Shown here: one piece after another, positions 49,966 through 62,200 of the stretch
Layout: each line of letters starts with the position of its first letter
Numbering within the stretch: the first letter of the stretch is position 1
Assembly: GCA_009103225.1 (NCBI GenBank)
Contig: RHPI01000585.1
Coordinates: forward strand, 186,001 to 249,330
Source: Chlorokybus atmophyticus
Lineage: Eukaryota > Plantae > Mesostigma and Chlorokybus algae
Length of the DNA: 63,330 bases
Direction of reading: 5' to 3'
Position numbers and translations under genes: made by a program
Notes under the pieces: generated by a model
The model's database searches: none
Seen by the model: only the letters and a program-made list of their open reading frames with translations
What the model was told of the DNA's origin: nothing

Positions 49966-50614
49966 TTGAGTACCGGCAACTTTGTGGTAACCGTCCCTAG
50001 CTGCCAGGTACCTAGTTATGACTAACGATACCTTAGAGTACCGTCAGTGATGAGTAGGTACCGCGTTTGTGTGACATCGATTGTGCAAGACGGCAATCAT
50101 ATATCACAACTTGATTCCATCACAGTCATATACATGTCACCTACACAGTACAAGCCCCACTACTAACATACTACGGTATACTACTACACTACTACGGTAG
50201 TAGTACTACCTACTACACTACAGTCTGCCGCCGCTAAGTCTTGTGCTGCCGCTTGCCTGCTGCTTCCGACCTCCTAGCCTGGCCGTCCTGAGGAAAGAGG
50301 GGCGGTCAGCTAGGGCGGCACAACACATTATATACACACCACCACCACCACCACCACAACAACAACAACAATAACAACAACAGCGCACCTGGTGGTGGCC
50401 GCCGCCGCCGCCGCCTGGCCTGGCCTGCAACACGAAGGGTGGAAGGGCGGTCAGGCTGCGCTGCTGCGCACTACACGACAAGATATGCACAAGCACACAA
50501 GCACATACCTACCGCCGCCGTCGCCGCCGCAGCAGCAGCACAACGCTCAACTACGCAAGTTAACTTGCACAGTTGAGTGTTGTGTTACGGCTTAGCGTTT
50601 GCATTTACAAAGGG

Positions 50615-50727
50615 GCCGTTGAGTTTGAAAACTCAACGGCTTCCCTTATGACACCATCGTACCATTACGATGATACTTTTGTACCATCGTAATGGTACAA
50701 AAGTATCAATACAATGGTACCATTGTA
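50615..50727. repeat. Cluster of three hairpins/palindromes
   Basis: GCCGTTGAGTTT-GA-AAACTCAACGGC (50615-50640); TGATACTTTTGTACCAT-CGTA-ATGGTACAAAAGTATCA (50671-50708); TACAATGGTACCATTGTA (50710-50727). Confidence 0.9.
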
Positions 50728-53231
50728 ATGGTACTGCATTACCATATCGATGGTACGATTATACCATTGTCTTGAGACGAAACTTCCATCGTATCACATA
50801 TTGGTACTTGTCCCAACTCACCGCCACCGCTCGTCCCTAAGTTGGGATTGATAAGTCACATGCTTGCCATTTTTGATACATCACCGTCACAAAATGCTAT
50901 ACGACCGGCGGTCGGTCGTATTAACTACGTAAATACTTAATATCATTCGTCGAAATTGGGGGTCAGAGAGGTGACTTTATCACCATAACAGGTAGGTCGC
51001 CGCCGCAGGTGCTGTACGACCGGCGGTCGGCCGTCGACATATATTACAAGCAGGTCATGACAGGCAGGCAGCAGTCCAATATATTGTACAATAGGCCATC
51101 GGCCGTTGATTGTCATTTACAATATACACCGGCACTTCAATCAGTCCCTTTATGGCCCAAGTCGTTAGGGTCAGGCACGGTCAGGTAGGGTCAGGCACTC
51201 ATCAGTCCCTCAGTCCCTGGTCAGTCACCGTGTAAAACTTGCGACGAAAATTTAAAGGAAGAGTTTTAAATACGAAGCTTTTTACCAACATATTGCTATT
51301 GTCGCGCACATCTTCTTGAAGATGGCTATCTGAATTCACAAAAGGCTTGCAATGCTTTGATCTATTAAACATGCGCTTCATTGATAGTAGCGATGCGCAC
51401 AAGCTCATCATACAACCGTTGGCTGCTGTGTTCGTCACCTGCCAATGTACACATAAAGCGCTATGCCCACAGCTCGCTGACTCAACTCATGTTGTTGCAA
51501 CTTCAGGATGACATCCTCCGCTTGAAGGTCGGCATCTTTAATGAGAATGCAACACCTATATGGCCATTAACGCACAACAAATTGCAATTCAATAAGCATT
51601 CTTGACGCAAGTGCAACATGCCTTGCATGCCCATTTTGGCAATTATTAATGTCGTAGTTAAATAAATCTAAACATTGGATAATAATGATGAAGATTGCCT
51701 TGATCGATCCATCCATGCAAACTTATGACAATGAAACATGCTACACATATTGACTTGTTTAACATGCCAATTTAATGTCGGATATACGCATCCAAATAAC
51801 GCATTGCTCTTTCTCACTTGCACGACATGCCAAATATGCGCTTAGCAATAAAGATTAAGTAATTGAATCAACATTAAAACCATTGCTCACTATGTTGTGC
51901 AAAGTGAGAAAAAGTGCCGCAAACAAGATCGCTGCCACATGTTACAATTGTAGCATAAATTCATATAAAATCCTCCACCACCAGCGCCTTTGATATTGCT
52001 GATGCGACCTGATGGAACACCCTGATATCGTAACACCACCAAAGAGCACAACTACCAACGCAAACGCCTCTGCCCTGCCGCCGCCGCCGCCATCACATGC
52101 ACTCCATGCTGATTATCACCTCACTAGTGTGTGATAACTAAGCTCGTACAGCATATTCATACGCGTATGGCTCATACGGCTTTACATACTTTAACGTCAG
52201 TGAACTCGTTTGATTGCAAAGGGTGGTTGGGGACGCCTTGTCAGCTTGGCACCCGCCGCCAACGTACTAAGCTACACTGTGTCCTACATAATCTTGTCTC
52301 ACATCATTTAGCATTTGCGCATTCTGATAACGCCTCCACTTGACAGAAGCGGATGATGGTCATCAAACTCATTTAGGATAGTTATGGCAAACCCTCTAAA
52401 CTTTAATCTTATGTACAGTTATAAGTTGCTATATTGTTATCGTTGTGTTCATTGCTTTGTACACACATATATGTATTTTAGCATGCACCAACTTGTGCCG
52501 GACGCAATAAGCATGTTCAAAAACCTGCTATATTATGTTAAAAAGCGTGTAATGCAAAAGAAACCAATCTAACATTGTCATTACTTACTATAGCAGCTTG
52601 TACACTAATACTTGTACGACAGTTCTTGTCACATATGGTATATGATATATATTCATGCATATACTTAGCAGCATCAAAATATACAAACTCATGCATTTGA
52701 CAGCAAGAAGCACATCTGCTGAATTTACCATACTCATGGGCACCATCTTTCATATATGACCTCAGCGTCATATTGGCAGCTCTGATGTACACTAACTAAT
52801 CTGCGTGCACACAATAACAACCAGAGATCATTGCTGTGAATTGGCACTGCCAATTTGTCTTTTGGTTCAAGCCCAACAAGGCACTACCAATCTGAAAGGC
52901 CGTGGGGGATTCACATTTGACCGTCATCACTGTGACGAGGGCAGATCTGACACAGGCCACGCCAGAGTCTCGGATCGTCCCGCGCCAGGCGATGCCCGCC
53001 CGCACAATACCCCCCGTGCATTGCACCGCGCGCTCCTTGCCACTGGATAAAGTGCGCGTCAGACCCGTCTGACGTGTTGGCGACGACGAAATCCCTATAG
53101 CGGGTCGCCAGAAACGGCAACTAAGCACTGTATATATAGTGCAGTCAGTCCTCTCACAAGCATTCAGTGCCGCTCACTTGCACTTGTGTTCCTGTGGACT
53201 ACCGTGTGAACAAAGTTACCGTCAAGCAAGA

Positions 53232-53900
53232 ATGGCGTCCGCCATGATCACCTCTCCCTGCGTGTTTGTCCGCCCCGTCCGTGCAAGTAAGGAGCATCCT
53301 TGTTCTCAATGGTCGCGTGTTGCGTTGCTGCGCACAGTGTAGTACAGACCGTCCATGCATGCACGCATGCAAGCATGCAGGAGTGATGAGCATACCCCCA
53401 CTTACAACCCAAAGCCTGCGTATCGTTGGTCGTGTCACTTGTACATGCTTCTTACGCTTCCTCGTGGTTGCAGCCCCGGCACGCCGTCTGGTGGCAGTTC
53501 GCGCAGAGAGGAAAGACTCCCTCCAGTCTGGCGCCACCGAGGGTACCAAGAAGATGACCAAGGCAAGAGCGATACTAGCCACGATGCTGTCGCACATGCG
53601 TACGCACGCACACAGTCACTGACAGATGCACACACACAGACACACACACACACATGCGCGAGTACACAAGCAAGCACACACATACCCACAATTGACCACA
53701 ACCAACAGGAGTCCACGGAGAAGGGTCCACTGGGTTCCCAGCAGCCTGAGCGTTGGACTGATGCGGACAAGGGCATCGCCGACGCGGGCGCCAACCTTGC
53801 TGAGCAGTTCAAGGAGGCCGTGGATGAGGCCACCCAGGGCGTTTCCGAGGTGGTCGACAAGGCCACCCACAAGAATACCAGCGATGACAGGAAGTACTGA
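53232..53900 (+). CDS. Small (~111 aa) plastid-targeted hydrophilic LEA-like protein; exons 53232-53286, 53474-53562, 53709-53900
   Basis: Transit-peptide-like MASAMITSPCVFVRPVRATPARRLVAVRA, then charged A/E/K/D-rich KGIADAGANLAEQFKEAVDEATQGVSEVVDKATHK; second intron is GC-AG (AAG|GCAAGA). Confidence 0.7.
53563..53708 (+). other. GC-AG intron in the LEA-like gene
   Basis: AAG|GCAAGA ... AACAG|GAG joins in phase 0; I saw no phase-compatible GT donor nearby. Confidence 0.65.
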
Positions 53901-55195
53901 GCGAAGCGGCTCCTGAAAAGGACAAGGGATCATGGACATTTCTGTCTCAGTCTGTGCAGTGTAACATAAGATAGTGTAGCATAAAGGCGGGTAGCCTTCG
54001 TGTAGAACACCTTTCAGAACTCCTGAAGTGATACATACAGTTTTGTTGGACCGAATTCCTTTGATTATGTGAAAAACACAAGTGTCAGAATATGTCTTCA
54101 CCGCTTGTTTTTGCGAGTAAGCTGCATCTGCTCATATGCTGAGCGAGCTGCCCTGATCAGTCCAAGCATGTACAAGAGTATATGCTGAGCGTGAGGCTGC
54201 ATAAGCATGCACTTTCACACCATGCATCATATACCCACAACCACAGTCACATGTATGCTGCATTCAAAACTATCGGACTAATTTCACCTTCTCTACTCCT
54301 ACACCTACCGCCTACCTTGTAAGCATATTTACATTAGCACAACTGATAGTGAAACTGTCCACAGCACTAGCCATTAGCAACAGTAGACAACCAAGCACGG
54401 CATAGGCAAGCGTCGTAAGTGTGGCAGGTAGTAAGTCGGCGCAAAGGAACAGGTAGTGTTGAGTAAGCAGGAAAGAAGAGCAAGCAAACATTGGCAAGTA
54501 TGCTGGGCTCCTTAGCATGCGTAGATATTGCAGTGGTGCTGATGCAAGCAATTAGGCACAAGCACATGCACAGCAAGCAGCAAAACAGTGGATATTTCTC
54601 AATTATCATAGGGGCGAAGGTAGAAGCTATCCATGTACAATGCCTAAGTGTTTGGGGTGGTGGTGAAGGAGCAGTGGAGATGTGTGGATTAGCGGCAGTG
54701 GTAATCATGTGCACGGCTTTGTTTTGCAAAGTTCTCATTACGTGTGCACAAAAAATGGCGAGGGAATGTGTTAAATCCTGACATTTAATTTAATCTGCAT
54801 ATGCAGATGAATGTGCACAGCATGTTCAGCACTACTGTTGCACAAGTAGGCAAGGTTGAGAGCACACTATGCTGCCTATACGTCAACACGCTGTTCAAAG
54901 AAAGCCCAGCACAGATAGAATTGAACCAAGGCTACAACGCCTCAATGTCGATATGTGTATCACTCTGCTGCACATAGTCCCTCTCATGTAGAATAACCAT
55001 GACTGCCACAGTTTGGCGTGCACCATGACAGAACGTCAGTTGAACCATCTGAGACGGTCAGTACAATGCAGCTAGCATGCGAACATCATCTGCAAACAAC
55101 AGAATGTTGCTATCACCTGTCTACCCAACTGCCTAGCAAGTTGAAACACTCACTGACTGTACATGTTACGAGCAATTGAAACAATGTGCACAACA

Positions 55196-58100
55196 TCAAT
55201 GCAGGGCCTTCACAAACTTTGACTCGCGCAGCGTGACGGTGCGGTTGAACACCAGCTGCTCTTTTGTGCTGTCAGGATCCACGCAGAAGTAACCTGCACA
55301 AAAGAAGAGTTTACAGTTCAGCTCAGAGTGTTTGACATGAATTTTAGTGCAGACTTGCGTGCGTATACGCACAAATTGCGGTGATGGCGGTGATACCCAC
55401 CTAAGCGCTCGAACTGGAACTTGTCGCCGACATGGGCCTTGGCAAGCGCTGATGTCAACAATGCACCCGTCACAACTTCGAGCGAGTTGGGGTTGACATC
55501 CATCAACCAATCATCCCCAATCGAGTTGGGATCCTGCAAAATACCACTGCCTTTTACAGCGTGCGCATGCGCGTATGTGTGCATGCATGCAAATCTGTGT
55601 ATGCTTTGTGCCACGGTACATGCGGGTATGTGTGCGCGTGTACGTTTGTGTGCACACGTACACAAGTGATCATGCGCGCTCACACATGTGTGTGCGGGCA
55701 CGCATGTGCACGCGAACATGACATTGCTATTACTGACAAGCCCCAACCATGATGACGGTGACACCATCAGTCGCACTCACATCTGACTTGAAGAGCAAGT
55801 CATAAAGGCGGATCTCTGCTTTGGCCGGCTCAATGCCGGGGGCAGGCTGCGCGACCCAATGAAGGACGCCTTTCGGTTTGGTGGACTTCTTGGAATCATA
55901 CTCGGCCCTCAGCTCCTTGATTGTGGAAGAGTCCCCGCCCTCGGTGATCACCTGCGTGATGCGGATCGGGTATGCGTATCTCAGCATCGCGGTCTTGCCA
56001 GGCGCCAGCCCGTAGTAGTCTTTTGAGTCCTGCATGCGAAAGTCCGACTGCTCGATGTAAACCACACGCGAGAACGGAATCTTATAGGTAGCGGAAGTCT
56101 CCGGCTGATCGGGCCGCTCCAACGCATCCACGTGCTCCAAATGGTTTTCTGCCAGATTTGTTATCACGACCTACAATGCAACACAACAGTCAGCATGTGA
56201 GTAAGCACACTGCAAACAAGAGCATGGGTGCACATGCACACCTGTGCATGCAGTGTGTACTCCATGATGCATGCGTACATGTGTATGCATCTACACGATA
56301 CATGCACACGTGTTCACCTTGAGAGGTCGAAGCACAGCCATTGTGCGCGGGCACTTGCGGTTCATGTCGTCACGGATGTAATGCTCCAGCAGCACCATGC
56401 GGATGGTGTTGTCCGACCGCGTGATGCCAAGCCCCCTACAGAAGGCATTGATGGCATCCGGACTCGCTCCTCGCCGCCTCAAGCCCGCCAAAGTCTATAC
56501 AAAGCAACATAATGTCAATAAGGACAAGTTTATAAAGCAGTCTTCCAGCAGCGACATAACATAATCAACATGTTGTACCAGCAAGCGAGGGTCGTCCCAG
56601 CCGCGCACATGTCCTTCCGTGACAAGCTTATTGAGTTTTCGCTTGGACACGACGTTGTTGGTAACATTGAGGCGTGCAAACTCCCACACGTGGGGCTTGT
56701 AGAGGTCCAGAGCCTGCAGGAGCCAGTAGTAGGAGGCCCGTCGTGTTTCAAACTCGAGCGTGCACAGCGAGTGCGTCACGTGCTCCAGCGAGTCCACCAG
56801 ACAGTGCGTGTAGTCATATGACGGGTAGATGCACCACTTGTCGCCCGCGTGAGGATGCGGCGTGTACTTTATCCGGTACGCAATGAGATCATACATGTTA
56901 AAGTTGTCGTTCTTCATGTCCTGTTCCAAAGGCCAACAAGTCACGTTAGAGTGCACGTTGGCAATGCATACCAACATTGTCAGTCGCATACCTGCTTCAT
57001 GCGTAGAGTGGCGCTGCCTTCGGCCATTAGGCCCCGTCTCATGTCTTCAAAGAGCTTGAGCGACTCTGCAATTGGCCGATCTCGCCACGGGCTGCAAAGG
57101 GGATGCATCTTGATAAACATTATGACATTACCACTTTGCCGGATTGAATTACCAATGTGTACCTGTCTTTATGCTGCTCCCTGTAGGCCTTGATTTCATC
57201 GCCGGTTTGATGGCACACGTAAGCATACCCGCGCTTGATGAGCTCCACTGCCAGCTCGTACAGCTGCTGGAAGTAGTCACTCGAGTACGTGACTTGCATG
57301 GGCGTCCATCCGAGCCACGCCACAATCTCCTGAATATGGTCAATGTACTCCTGCTTCTCCGCCTCAGGGTTGGTATCATCGAACCTGCGCCACACAACAT
57401 CAAAACAAGCCCATTTTTCCACAAGTCCACATGTCGAAATGACTCGCCTCAGGAAGCAGCCGCCTTCGCGCTCTTTGGCGAGGCCAAAGTCGATGTTCAT
57501 GGCTTTGGCGTGGCCAATGTGGAGGTATCCATTGGGTTCCGGAGGGAAGCGCGTGCGCACTTTGCCGCCGGTGATGGCGAGATGTCGTTGCAGCTCCTCG
57601 CGCGTGTTGGCCGGCCGCCACACGTTCCCGTCGCTGAAGCGGATCTCCGTGTGCACAATGTTGTTGTCCTCCGGTCTCGGGAAGATGTCAAACGGGCTCC
57701 CGGCTTCTTCTTCAGGAGGAGCCGTTGCTTCATTGCTCTTGCTCTCAACAACGCCAGCCTCCTTGGCTGTGGGCTCATCCTTGACAGCACATGACAGTGC
57801 GTGAATGACTGGTTACCCAACATTGCCAATAAGCCGACAAGTTTCAAATATACAGCCACACCTCTTTGGGCTTCTTCTCCTTCTTCTTCTTGTTGGGCTT
57901 CTCATCATCTGCGGCAGTGCGCTCGCCCAACAGAGCTTTCAGCTGAGCGTCAAACTCCTCCTGTCAAATACGCGTGCGGTTGACATTGCATCCATGCTGA
58001 GTTTATGCGGGGTTGTGGAGCAGAATTGTTTGAGTCATACACACATCGAACTCAACACACACCCACAACCTACCTTAGCAACCTTGCCATCAGCCCAAGG

Positions 58101-59173
58101 AAGAGCGCTTCGCACCTCCGCAAGCAGCAACCCAACTGGCCAACAACGACCATGACATGAGTAGCTGCTTGACAATCACATCGATGCGAACTCGCGCAAG
58201 CACACACATACGAACATGCACACGCACGCGCACACTGTACCGTTGGTGCGGTAGCGCTCCTCGAGCACGCGCGCCTTGTGCTTGTCCAACACATTGGTGA
58301 CTGCAGCAGCAATATCCTCACGGCTCACAACCACGCCGACGCCGGCGGCTTGCTCGAAAACCTTCTCGTCAAGGGCCTCAGCCCCAAGAGCAGCGAGAAA
58401 TGCAAGCGCGGCGTCGAGCTGCGGGACAGATTTCACCCTCTCCGTCGCGATGTAGCGGCACAACGTCGGGCGGTGCGGCAATGCGTTGGGGGGGAACTTT
58501 GTCGCCACGCTGTAGAGGAGGTTGCCGGTGGACTTGGGGTAGTCGCTGTCCGACCCGGCCTCTTCAATCACCTGTATACAACATAGCGCATACCCAATCA
58601 CTGTCGAACTGTCCCAATGAATACAAGCTGGTAAGGCACTGTAGCGCACTGATAGTGCAACTCAAACTCCGTTCGTGCGCACAAGTTTGGTTCTGCGCGT
58701 GCACGTGTGCGCGTGCAAGCTTGCAGCTACAGCAATAAGTGCAAGTAGCTGCAAACGTAAGCATGAAACCTCCGCTTGTGCTGTTTAATTCTGCTATGAC
58801 TGCTATGACTGCAAAGCTCGGTCAACTGTGTTTGCAAACAGTTGTTCGCCAGTGAGACATGCACAAAGTACACCAACTCGCATGCATGTGACAGGATTGG
58901 CCACAAGTCCAATGTCAACACACGCGCAAGCAGCATGCGAATTGGCATTGACATGGTGATAGCAGCTGTACAACACAGACTCTGCTGTAATTCAGTGGTT
59001 TGAGAGTGTCCGTTAGCTCCAAGCTCCGCGTGTGTCAAACTCACCTGGTAGATTGCCTGCTTAACTTTGGCATTGGCAAGGGCGTTCTGTGCGGTGCGGG
59101 CGTCCAGGCCGAGCTTCTTTACCAGCGCCTGCGCCTCCTCTGCGGCAGCACCGCCGTCCTCTGCCACCGTCAT
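55196..59173 (-). CDS. QARS: Glutaminyl-tRNA synthetase (eukaryotic, with N-terminal extension); ~12 exons
   Basis: [19 protein letters not shown] (HIGH), [74 protein letters not shown]. Confidence 0.97.
57385..57447 (-). other. 63-nt in-frame GC-AG intron in GlnRS
   Basis: AG|GCGAGT ... CGCAG|G; removal restores the invariant CFLRFDDTNP. Confidence 0.8.
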
Positions 59174-59213
59174 CCCCTCCCCCCCGCCACCACCGCCGCC
59201 GCCCCTTGGAGGT

Positions 59214-59223
59214 AAACCCTAAA
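59214..59223 (+). promoter_or_regulatory. Telo-box-like motif AAACCCTAAA in the 123-bp GlnRS/ALG11 divergent interval
   Basis: Exact plant telo-box consensus ~40 nt upstream of the GlnRS ATG; function inferred. Confidence 0.45.
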
Positions 59224-59296
59224 TCCAACCACCTGCTTGTGGACGCTGTCGTTGGTGTAGTTGTCATTGTGGGCGGAGGTGCAGGCGGCGGAGGCA

Positions 59297-62200
59297 ATGT
59301 GGGCGGTGGTGGCAGCGACGGCATTGGTGTCGTCGCTGTTGCTGGCGCTGCTTTGGAGATGGAGGAGGAGGAGGAGGAGACGGAGAAGTGGAGATGATGT
59401 GCTGGTGGGGTTCTTCCACCCGGGGATGGCCCAGGACGGCGGCGGCGGCGAGCGCGTGCTATGGTGCGCCGTCGCCGCCGTCCAGCAGGCGTGGCCTCAT
59501 GCTCAGGTCGCCATCTATGCAGGCCTGGACGGCGGCGACGTCCACATGGACGTCGCCGCCCGGGCCAACGACCTGTTTGGCACTAGGCTGCTGAGGCCCG
59601 TCAAGCTCGTCCCGCTCAAACACACGCGTTTACTTGAGGTAATGCGTATGTGTACGTGCATGCCTTCAAGCTGCAAGTCTGGTTTACTTGAAATCAAGGC
59701 AGGCACGTACGCACACACGCTCGCTGCTCCCTCGCTCGCTGAGCGGCATGCGTGCTCAAGCATGAACCTCAACACACAAGCGTTTGTATGTCGCATTGGG
59801 TGGTACTGTGGTCAAAATGTGCTGGCTGTTGGTACAACAATCTAGCGTACCACTGCATGGCTTCGTTGATTCAGCAAAGTAGCTTCCAAGGGAGCATGCG
59901 GTGTTGCATGTGCGTGAGCATTACCAATTGTCGTGTTGAATTGGTAGCGTCTTTATATTGGCATGCTTCATCAAGTCGGAAGCTGTGTCCATAGTGTGTA
60001 CATCACAGAACTACCTCCTTGTCTGGGTGTGCTGCTCTGTTGCAGGGGCAAGTATCGTAGATCGGACAGCACCTTACTGGGTTGCACTGAGTTGGGCTGC
60101 TGCAGGCTGCTGCAGTATAGCAAAAGAATACAAGTGATACTTTTTTGGGAGAGATTTGAAGTATACATCTACCAGAATTTAATTTTATCAACCGTAAAAG
60201 AGATTGATAATAAGATCGTAAATTTAAATCATGAAACAACAGATTTGCATACTACATTCAAGTAGGAGTAGATCGAGGTTTTAGTGTAGACCTCTGAACT
60301 ACACTGCGGTCGACTGACTAGATATTGTAGGTAAGCTTCAGGAGTGAAGTAAGATAAAGTGCATTTTCAGAGTGACTGCCCATTATAATACTACCGAAGC
60401 CATGTGGAGTATACATTGCCAGTACTGCTTTAAGCACTCGTGGCAGTCTTCGCAAGCTTGCTGCATTTATTGCATACACAACACTGTAAACAGACACGCA
60501 ACCAACAGAAGGCCTTGTTGAGTTGTCCAATACATCTGACGAGTTCACTTATATGTAATTCCTTATGAAGGATGAGTGACACGCATGCGTGCACTTGCAG
60601 CCGCAGACATGGCCGCGCTTCACTCTTATTGGGCAGAGTCTTGGCTCGATGGTTGTGGCTTGGGAGGCGCTGGCATCACTCGCGCCGGATGTCTTCATCG
60701 ACACGGCAGGACACGCCTTCACGTATCCCGTTGCACGTAAGCACAAACAGTGACATGGGGCTCAGTTGCAGTAAAGCACGTGAAGTGACCAAAAAGGCGC
60801 TCTGCGTGTAACGCATGCAGGCTGGGCCGGCTGCAGTGTTGTGGCCTACGTGCACTACCCTCTTGTCTCTTCCGACATGATTGCTCGCGTGCGCAGGCGG
60901 CAAGCTCTCTACAACAACGCCCCGGGCATTGCAAGCTCCCTGCTCGCTTCCAGGTGCCACTTCTCAACAGGAAACTCATGCAACATAGTTGATGTCACAC
61001 AAGCACACTCGCATGCACACATACTCATCATGTGCATTTGATGCATTCAGCTTGAAACTCTGGTACTACCGCCTCGTTGCGGCTCTATATGGTGCTGCCG
61101 GCCGGTGTGCCATCGTGGCAATGGCAAACTCCTCGTGGACTCGCGCGCACATTGCCTCGCTGTGGGGCCGCACCCCAAGCCTGGTCTTTCCCCCCTGCGA
61201 CACACAAGCCCTTCAGGCAAGGCTCAACCTCTGTAATGAGCACTATTTGGGTCTCTTTACTCCGGCTCCTTTCCCATCTCAATGCATGGTGGCATCTACA
61301 GGAACTGCCTTTGAGTAGACCGCTTGGACCAAAGTGCTTCATATCAGTGGCGCAGTTCCGCCCTGAGAAGGTGCGTGTGTGCTCTCATGCGCGCGCGCGG
61401 GTCTGTGTGTGCAATCATGTTGGCTTTATGGTTGTGGCTTGCACACAGGCGCACGGCCTCCAGTTAGAGGCCTTTCGCAATGCTTCAAGGCTTGCGAGGG
61501 CAGCAGGCGTCGCGGATGCTTCCCGCGCAAGGCTTGTGCTTGTCGGGAGCTGCCGGCATGTCGCCGATCAGCAGCGACTGGAAGACTTGCACGCACTTGC
61601 CTCAACACTTGGTACGTTGCCTCCCGCGTTGATGATGCAGTCAAGCACTCTTGCTTGCATGTACCGACCATGTTGGGTTGTTGGCAGGCATTGCAGATCA
61701 GGTGGACTTTCATGTGAACGTTTCCTACGAGGAGCTTAAGAGGTTGTTAGGCGCTTCCATAGCAGGTACCTGGAGGTTTAGTTGTTGACTTCTTGATGGC
61801 TGTGGTGAGACAATTTCACAGCGGCTTTATGGCCTCAGGGCTGCATACGATGACGGATGAACACTTTGGCATCAGCGTTGTGGAGTACATGGCTGCTGGC
61901 GCTGTGCCCATAGGTAGGCTCTCCTGCCAAGCTTTGAACGACAAGTATTAATGGCTCCGCAGTAAAGTATCAACTGCACCAAAGAAGCTTGCATGTGCTT
62001 CCACTTATCCTCCAACCATATGCAATCAATGTGTCGTGCAGCCCACAATTCCGGTGGCCCGCGGGCAGACATTGTGTTGCCCGAGGAAGGGACATCGTGT
62101 GCGACTGGCTTTCTCGCAGCCAGCGTGGAGGAGTTTTCGCACGCCATGCTTCGAGTGCTCACGATGAGCGAGTCGGAACTGGCAGCCATGGCGGCTGCCG

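Larger units (their letters stand above)
49811..51154. mobile_element. Probable non-autonomous DNA transposon (~1.34 kb) bounded by 14-bp perfect terminal inverted repeats
   Basis: CATAAAGGGACTGA (49811-49824) / TCAGTCCCTTTATG (51141-51154), which can also be read as TA + 10-bp TIR + TA. Internal ~53-bp tandem repeats and multiple palindromes; no convincing ORF. Confidence 0.55.

Noticed and set aside
49817-51220. Regularly spaced short repeats considered as a CRISPR-like array
   Set aside because: Repeats are degenerate tandem units without unique spacers, there are no cas genes, and the context is eukaryotic.
52890-53120. GC-rich patch considered as a structured ncRNA (SRP, RNase MRP, snRNA)
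   Set aside because: No diagnostic motifs found; it lies just upstream of the LEA-like gene and is more simply its promoter region.
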